Below are positions 53,654 through 59,573 of a stretch of DNA of 59,573 nt, piece after piece. Both the position numbers and the translations under genes were made by a program. Origin of the DNA: a virus (taxonomy: Duplodnaviria; Caudoviricetes); the IMG/VR virus record IMGVR_UViG_3300030090_001446, positions 1-59,573 of that record. One strand, written 5' to 3'. Below the pieces are notes generated by a model that was given only the letters and a program-made list of their open reading frames with translations, searched no databases and had not been told where the DNA came from. Within the stretch, counting starts at the first letter, position 1. The number at the start of each line of letters is the position of its first letter.

Positions 53654-54574
53654 TTACGATCCTTGCGAACCGAACCATCCACGCCAATCAGACACACCAA
53701 ACGCATAACGCTCGCGTGCCTTAAAGCGAAGATTACCTGTGTCAAAATCAGGTTCCATCTTCGTTTGAAGAGGAGTCCTAACAAACATCTTGGTGCCATT
53801 CGGAACATCCGTTTTAATGAACCAAGAAGTCGTATCGGTAAACCGACGATTGACATAAAAACCATCAGGCAACATACCCATATGGCGCGTTGCATTGATA
53901 GCATTGGTATTTGGATTCGCAGCAGCAGCACTAACTTGCGTAGTACCTGGGCTACTGAGAACTCGATCCGCAATCGCCCATGAATCTACAGGGATATGAA
54001 GTGAAACAGAACTGGCACCAATCAAGATACCACGATCATCTTCAATCTTCTGCACATTCGTTAAGGCAGTTTCCAGAGTAGACTCTGAAAGATCAGAAGC
54101 AGCAATTAGATTGGACTGATTACCTGCACTGATCGTTGGATGAGTCGAAGCAAAGAATGCTACACCATCGCCAATGGTATCAGAGAAACCATTATTGAAT
54201 AGATTAGCAGCTTTAACCTGCTTCGTATTTGCCATTGCCCTAGCAAGACCCTTGGCACGTAGCTTTGCAAACGTGTCGTACAGGTTATCTTCCATAGCCT
54301 CTTCCGTAACTGCAAAGGCAAGGGCGACGGTTTCCATCGTATAACGGGCAGTATAACTTTCCTGCGCGTCATCATAAGCAACGGAAGCACCTTCACCCTT
54401 GGTTGGGGCAGTTCCGAAACCCGTAAATAGAACTTCTTCCTCAAATGCCCGATCAGAGTTTTCCATATCATAAAGAGCTTCATGCTCATTATTAACATCG
54501 CCATACTCAAGACCGAAAACAGCATTAAGACCAGGAAGGAGTTCTTTAGCAATACTTGAACGATTAATAGCCAT
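53654..54574 (-). CDS. Major capsid protein
   Basis: KELLPGLNAVFGLEY, SDRAFEEEV, ITEEA-like VTEEAMEDNLY, DFDTGNLRFKARERY. Confidence 0.9.
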   Translation of the reverse strand: MAINRSSIAKELLPGLNAVFGLEYGDVNNEHEALYDMENSDRAFEEEVLFTGFGTAPTKGEGASVAYDDAQESYTARYTMETVALAFAVTEEAMEDNLYDTFAKLRAKGLARAMANTKQVKAANLFNNGFSDTIGDGVAFFASTHPTISAGNQSNLIAASDLSESTLETALTNVQKIEDDRGILIGASSVSLHIPVDSWAIADRVLSSPGTTQVSAAAANPNTNAINATRHMGMLPDGFYVNRRFTDTTSWFIKTDVPNGTKMFVRTPLQTKMEPDFDTGNLRFKARERYAFGVSDWRGWFGSQGS

Positions 54575-54589
54575 GATACACCTTCCTTA

Positions 54590-55192
54590 TTAAGCTGTCG
54601 ATGCGGTAGCAGTAACGTACCGATCTCTGTGAGTGTTAAGCCAAACTTCCACAATTGGGAAAGCATCGCTATCCTTCTCATCAGGAAGTTCTGCACGCTT
54701 GACAACTCGCGCAGCTAATTCAGTTTCTGCGCCAGTAGCAGCCAAGAGATAATAACTGGACTGACCAGTTGTCGTATCTCCCGAACTTGCCGTCGAGCTA
54801 ACAGTAACATTGTAATTTTTAGTTACATTAAGTTCTCCAACAGAAAGCGAGAGAGAAGCTTGAATGTAATAAATCTGATCAGGATCAGTGATAACATGGA
54901 ATTTCAAATCCGTTACGCACGTTCCTCCTGTCCAATGCCGACGAAACTTCTGTTCGCCATCTTCTACATACTGACAACCAGCAAACACACCAGATGGTTT
55001 GAGAGTGGCTGCAATAAAGGGTTGAATTGTAGCAAGGTTGGCTCCTGGCATAACAACCAGATCACCAGTGAAAAGATTATTGCTACAAAGACCACCAGAA
55101 GTAATCGGCAGTACGTCTACACCTTCAGAGTTATAGTTACTACCTTTTTTTCGGACAGGAATGAACCCACGAAATGCTTTAGTTGTACTCAT
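54590..55192 (-). CDS. Capsid decoration / minor capsid protein
   Basis: GFIPVR, FTGDLV, GVFAGCQY, DPD, TGQS; precedes the capsid gene. Confidence 0.65.
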   Translation of the reverse strand: MSTTKAFRGFIPVRKKGSNYNSEGVDVLPITSGGLCSNNLFTGDLVVMPGANLATIQPFIAATLKPSGVFAGCQYVEDGEQKFRRHWTGGTCVTDLKFHVITDPDQIYYIQASLSLSVGELNVTKNYNVTVSSTASSGDTTTGQSSYYLLAATGAETELAARVVKRAELPDEKDSDAFPIVEVWLNTHRDRYVTATASTA

Positions 55193-55220
55193 TTCTAGTT
55201 CCTCCTAGTTGTAGAGAGGA

Positions 55221-55718
55221 TTAATCCTGAAAATTAGGGGTACGTCCTCTCATAGTGGTTGATTTACTACTATTAGAAACAGGCATATTACGAAGACGAG
55301 CATCTGAATTATTATAAAGCTGTGCGTTTACAGCATCCATCATATCGTTTGCTTTCTTCTGGTAAAATGCTTGTCGTGCTTCTACTTGGTTAGTAGGCTT
55401 TTTAGCCAAGGCTACATCTCCACGACAGACTGTACCCAAGTATCTGCCTTCATCCCTCACGTAGGATGTCGATGCCATTTCAGGAACTTCTCCAGGTTCA
55501 ACAAAAGTCCATCCTTCTTGCTCTCGCTTTCCAACATTCATAATGTCTTCCTGCCCTCGCAAAGAAATCCTGATCCATCGAAGGGATAATCCTTCGTTTT
55601 GAAATCTTTGTTGTACCGCATCTGGTATTGACAAAGCATCAGGTTCTTCAAAAACAAACTCTTCTTTTCTGGTATTAGTTTCTCTTAGAGTATCAGTACG
55701 TGATTGTTCGCGTGTCAT
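55221..55718 (-). CDS. Conserved head-module protein
   Basis: RWIR...EGWTFV...GDVALAK. Confidence 0.7.
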   Translation of the reverse strand: MTREQSRTDTLRETNTRKEEFVFEEPDALSIPDAVQQRFQNEGLSLRWIRISLRGQEDIMNVGKREQEGWTFVEPGEVPEMASTSYVRDEGRYLGTVCRGDVALAKKPTNQVEARQAFYQKKANDMMDAVNAQLYNNSDARLRNMPVSNSSKSTTMRGRTPNFQD

Positions 55719-55733
55719 TTCATGTCCTCCGCA

Positions 55734-56672
55734 CTAAGTAATTTGTGTATATTCGCCGTCTGCTTCAGCAACTTTTAGCTTCTGAGCGGCATAAGTTTCA
55801 AGAGGTATATTCCATTTATTAGCAAGTTTGACATCCTCTGGAGTCAACTTTACTTTTCCTTTCGAGGAATTGGGAGCAGAGCGCGAACTGCTTCCCACCA
55901 CTTGAGCAGGAGTTGACGTATCTTCCTGCACACGGTTTTGATTTTGTTCCACACCCACTTGATTGGCGTTAAACTTATGTGGAAAAGCTTCTGCAAGCCG
56001 CCGATCAATCTCTTGATAAAATCCTTCATCATTAGTATCATATCCTTCTGCTTTAAGTTCTTGATCTATTGTTAAAGCTGAAACAGTTAAAATTTTATCT
56101 TTGCCAAACCAGTTATTATTTGCTGCCCATTCTTCCGCTCTGGGATCAGGTTGCGCCCTAACGGGAGCCTGTTGTACTGGTTGTTGAACTTGTTGAGTTT
56201 GTTCAGCAACTTCTTCCATTTGTGCTTTAGTAATATTTAAATGTTTTAAATCTACTTGAGCTTCGTTAAGCATTTCTTGTGCTTGTAGAAGCTTTTCTTT
56301 TTCACCACCTTCAAATGCTTCCATATAAGCATTACGGGCTAAAGAAACTTTGTCGTTTAATTGTTTTTCGGAAGCATCTAAATTAAGTTTACTTACCTCA
56401 TTAAAAGATTCTTGACGGTGTTGTAAATTTTGTGCTAGTGCTTCGTTTTGAGCAAGTAACTGTGAAATCTGTTCATCACGTTCTTTACGTTGACGAACTA
56501 ATTGCCTAATTCTTTTTTCTGCTCCTTTAGTTTTAATACCATCTAATTCTTCAGGTCGTTCTTCTTTTTCTGGAGAAGCGGCTTCTTGAGGAGTTTCTTC
56601 CTCTATTTCATAAGTTACTTCTTCATTTTCAGGGACATCTACTTTTTCCCAGGTTTCATTATCATTATTCAT
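55734..56672 (-). CDS. Scaffolding-like protein
   Basis: Acidic coiled coil, PDPRAEEWA..N.WFG, VKLT...YA C-terminus. Confidence 0.7.
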   Translation of the reverse strand: MNNDNETWEKVDVPENEEVTYEIEEETPQEAASPEKEERPEELDGIKTKGAEKRIRQLVRQRKERDEQISQLLAQNEALAQNLQHRQESFNEVSKLNLDASEKQLNDKVSLARNAYMEAFEGGEKEKLLQAQEMLNEAQVDLKHLNITKAQMEEVAEQTQQVQQPVQQAPVRAQPDPRAEEWAANNNWFGKDKILTVSALTIDQELKAEGYDTNDEGFYQEIDRRLAEAFPHKFNANQVGVEQNQNRVQEDTSTPAQVVGSSSRSAPNSSKGKVKLTPEDVKLANKWNIPLETYAAQKLKVAEADGEYTQIT

Positions 56673-56718
56673 ATTTTACTCCGTTGTTTACGAAACAAAC
56701 GTGTTTACGTTATATACT

Positions 56719-56747
56719 ATTATACCACATTTTTTAGTAAATTTCAA
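56719..56747 (-). promoter_or_regulatory. sigma70 promoter for the head operon
   Basis: TTGAAA-17 bp-TATAAT with TGn; followed by AGTATATA as at the terL promoter. Confidence 0.75.
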
Positions 56748-56748
56748 G

Positions 56749-57177
56749 TCACATTGAAAAACTAGTTAAATTAAATGTAGGATCGAGATATGCAGGATTC
56801 TCTACCTTCATCATGACTTGATCATCAAACATTAAAATTAGTCTGACACTTTTATAAAATAACTTTGTACCTGTGTGTTTACCATAACAGATATAATCAC
56901 CTTCTTCACACCAAGGACCAAATGGAAATTTATCTTGATCTTTATATGCCATATCTCCTAGAGCTAGTACACGCCCGACTGTGGTTAGATATGCCATATC
57001 ATCCTTTGTAGAATCTGGTAAAATAATACCTCCTTTGGTTTTTGTTTTAATTGATACAGGTCTTACAAGAACATGAAATCCTGGAAGTTCTGGTAGTATA
57101 TCTGGATCAGGATGTTCATCTTCATCAGTAGTCCAAAGATTATTTTTTACTGCATTTCCTAAATTAGTCTGTTGCAT
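56749..57177 (-). CDS. groES: GroES-like co-chaperonin
   Basis: VLVRP...KTKGGIILPD...GRVLALG...GD.I.YGKHTG. Confidence 0.85.
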   Translation of the reverse strand: MQQTNLGNAVKNNLWTTDEDEHPDPDILPELPGFHVLVRPVSIKTKTKGGIILPDSTKDDMAYLTTVGRVLALGDMAYKDQDKFPFGPWCEEGDYICYGKHTGTKLFYKSVRLILMFDDQVMMKVENPAYLDPTFNLTSFSM

Positions 57178-57178
57178 C

Positions 57179-57370
57179 TCACTCCTCTTCTATATAAAGT
57201 TGTTTCTGTACAATATCTCTCAGGTTTTGTCTTGCCCATTCAACTCCTGCTATATAACCTACTACTTGTTTATAAGAAGCATAATCAGTAGGATTTCCTT
57301 GAGCTAGACTAATCTTTTGATTTTCTATTTCTTCTTGATATACTTGAGCTATTGTTTCAAATATATCCAT
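57179..57370 (-). CDS. Conserved small protein upstream of groES
   Basis: G...DYASYKQVVGYIAG. Confidence 0.7.
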   Translation of the reverse strand: MDIFETIAQVYQEEIENQKISLAQGNPTDYASYKQVVGYIAGVEWARQNLRDIVQKQLYIEEE

Positions 57371-57576
57371 TAAACATATTTAATTTTACTTGGTTTTGGC
57401 ATTTCCCAATATTTTGAATCAAAATTATTTAGTTTAAAACGCATAGCACGTTTTCCAACTACATTATCTTTTTCAAAATCACCATAGGATTTATTTCGAT
57501 CTACAACATGAGTGGGCTTCCCATTGGTAATTCCTTTTGTATCATTGGGATAATGTATCTTTCCATAATTAGGCAT
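57370..57576 (-). CDS. Hypothetical protein
   Basis: AAGGAG RBS, overlap-coupled. Confidence 0.65.
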   Translation of the reverse strand: MPNYGKIHYPNDTKGITNGKPTHVVDRNKSYGDFEKDNVVGKRAMRFKLNNFDSKYWEMPKPSKIKYV

Positions 57577-59573
57577 TAGGTATCTCCTTTAATAAGTTTA
57601 AAATCATTTCCACTGCTTTCATCTCAGTTTTACTTTTTGTATTAGCTTGATCTTTGATTAAATCTGTCATGGTTTTTTGTTCTTGTCCTGTTAATTTCAT
57701 CTGCTCAGTTAAAAGTTTTATTAACAGTTCCATACCTTTAATAGATTCTTTGCTTTCTCTATCAGATTCAGATTTCTCGTCTTTCATTGCCAGAGTAATA
57801 CCAGACTTGGTAGCTTCCATAATCTGTTTACTTTCTTCAAGGTCTAGTTTCTTATTTTCTAAAGCAGCTTCTGTTGTATTAACAGCTATATCCATTTGTA
57901 TTTTTTGTTTCTCAAGTTCTACTTTAGCCTGTTCTAGAGCAACCATTTGTTGTTCAGGCGATTGTACCATACCCATTGCTTGATTTGCATTCTGAACTTG
58001 TTTAGCTGCTTCCATCAAAGCTAGTTCAATAACTTGTGGCTTTTGTGCAGACTCTGGAGCAACAGTACCTAGTTCTTGTTGAGCAAGACCATTAACCTGT
58101 TCTTGATATTTCATTACAGAATGTTCTTGAATATTTGCTTGTAGAACAGGCTGCACTCTTTGCATAATTGGATTAGCTCCATTCATAGGGTCTTGAAGAT
58201 AAGCCATCTTTACTTGAATATGAGCATCATGATTTTGTCCTGGGAAGGCTGCAATCGGAATACCTTTAACTGCTGCCATAATATCAGATACAGGATCAAG
58301 AGCTTGTGGTTCTGGTTTAGGTGGAAGTATCTCATCTAGATTAGGCATATTGGCTGCACTAAGAATAGTTCTGTTTAAAGCCTCTGTATTAAACATTCCT
58401 GGAGGAGACTGTTGTGCCATTTGTAATGCCATATTAGCCAGCATCATACGATGAGCATTAGAAGGAATATTAGGATCGCTTACAGGAATAACATCAATCT
58501 TTCCATCAAAATCAGATTGAAAAATACTACGATTTGCCAGAGGAACCTCATAAGGATATTCTTGCGGAAGATAATCATGATCAATACTTGCCAAGATTTT
58601 AAATTCATCTCGCTGAGATTTATGAAGTCGTTTATGAATAGCTGTAAAGAACTTACTGGATGCTTCTAGTAATGCCATTGTAGTTCCCACAGGTCCATAG
58701 GAGGCAGCATCTGAAACAATTTGTTCAGTGCTGTCTGCAAACTTCTGACCAGCAGCAGTTACAAACTGGAGCATTTGGTAGAGCGTCGAGGAAGGCTCTT
58801 TGTAAGGGAGAGATATAATCGCCTTATTCAAATCAATACCAGTTGCTTCAACCTCCTTGAACTCTCCTGGAGCTATAGGCTCGTTATTGCCTACCATACG
58901 CACACCTTTAGCCTTAAAGCCACCTGGGAGATTCGCAAATTGACCTGCGTCTATCAATGCTCGCATTGCAGCAGTCGCACTCATAGTCAGATTACCAAGG
59001 AAGTGCATGAGTCCTAAACCATAGAAACCAAATCCTGGAACAAAACGATAGTGTACAAAGTGTACTTTCTTTTGTTTTGTGGGATCATCCTTGGCATAAT
59101 TACGTCGAATACTAAGTACCTGTTTAGATTGTTCTTCTATTGTTACAATATATGGAAGAGATTCTCCATCTTCTGATTGAGGATCAGCTATATCTAGATA
59201 ACAATGCTGTTCTAATAAAACATATTGAGGATCAGAATCACTAGATGGAGACAGTCCTATAATCGTATCCATCTTTTCCGAGAAGGATGTAGGATTAACC
59301 ATACCTGCTTCAGGAAGATCAATGTCTGAATACATCTCTGCTTTTATTTCTCGATAAAGATCAACAGGACTTTTATAAATTACATGTGTATAACGATCAG
59401 CGTTCCTTAGATTAGATGCATTATAAGAAACATAAAACTGATCAATAGGAATAAATTCTGAGATAGGGCGTTTAAAAGAAGCATCATAATATATTTTCTT
59501 AAATGAGGAACCTATCAGAGGTAGATGAAAGAGCATCCTTTCAAATTCATCAAAGTATTCTGGCATCTGTTCT
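57569..59573 (-). CDS. Portal protein, C-terminal part (5' end off the window end)
   Basis: GSSFKKIYYD, PGFGFYGLG, DAGQFANLPGGFK, PVGTTMALLE, PVSDPN. Confidence 0.9.
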   Translation of the reverse strand, partial: EQMPEYFDEFERMLFHLPLIGSSFKKIYYDASFKRPISEFIPIDQFYVSYNASNLRNADRYTHVIYKSPVDLYREIKAEMYSDIDLPEAGMVNPTSFSEKMDTIIGLSPSSDSDPQYVLLEQHCYLDIADPQSEDGESLPYIVTIEEQSKQVLSIRRNYAKDDPTKQKKVHFVHYRFVPGFGFYGLGLMHFLGNLTMSATAAMRALIDAGQFANLPGGFKAKGVRMVGNNEPIAPGEFKEVEATGIDLNKAIISLPYKEPSSTLYQMLQFVTAAGQKFADSTEQIVSDAASYGPVGTTMALLEASSKFFTAIHKRLHKSQRDEFKILASIDHDYLPQEYPYEVPLANRSIFQSDFDGKIDVIPVSDPNIPSNAHRMMLANMALQMAQQSPPGMFNTEALNRTILSAANMPNLDEILPPKPEPQALDPVSDIMAAVKGIPIAAFPGQNHDAHIQVKMAYLQDPMNGANPIMQRVQPVLQANIQEHSVMKYQEQVNGLAQQELGTVAPESAQKPQVIELALMEAAKQVQNANQAMGMVQSPEQQMVALEQAKVELEKQKIQMDIAVNTTEAALENKKLDLEESKQIMEATKSGITLAMKDEKSESDRESKESIKGMELLIKLLTEQMKLTGQEQKTMTDLIKDQANTKSKTEMKAVEMILNLLKEIPNA
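58908..59573. repeat. Imperfect terminal direct repeat, copy B
   Basis: About 92% identical to 1..666. Confidence 0.95.

Noticed and set aside
53608-53973. Frameshift extension of the major capsid protein (T7 10B-like)
   Set aside because: No clear slippery site; the frame extends only ~15 codons past the MCP stop, into the terminator hairpin
1-59573. tRNA genes, phage RNA polymerase, integrase, reverse transcriptase/DGR, alternative genetic code
   Set aside because: None recognisable by eye; genes are long and densely packed under the standard code. A tRNAscan/HMM run would be needed to exclude them formally

Overview
Near-complete, circularly permuted genome (~58.9 kb unique) of an AT-rich lytic dsDNA tailed phage, probably podovirus-like. 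It has T7-type primase-helicase, PolA and SSB, but no recognisable phage RNA polymerase or integrase. An early/replication/metabolism arm (+, 3.9-29.8 kb) converges on a packaging/structural arm (-, 3.1 kb through the window ends to 29.8 kb); both are driven by consensus sigma70 promoters. The portal gene is split across the ends by a 666-bp overlap that is only ~92% identical. Cis-elements (Irr ICE boxes, RegA/PrrA-like box, ROSE-like thermometer) suggest an alphaproteobacterial host. Main points: (1) a cassette-like early region built on a repeated ~80-nt hairpin with a 19-bp palindromic core, one copy interrupted by a Csx16-like candidate anti-type-III-CRISPR ring nuclease gene; (2) a control region with host iron/redox regulator and IHF motifs plus a boxA-like/terminator/long-range-stem unit; (3) a two-frame C5 methyltransferase; (4) a glycosyltransferase-methyltransferase-Maf cluster; (5) a shared GG motif across many virion proteins; (6) an unannotated metallothionein-like peptide. 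All family calls are by-eye motif recognition, not database searches.
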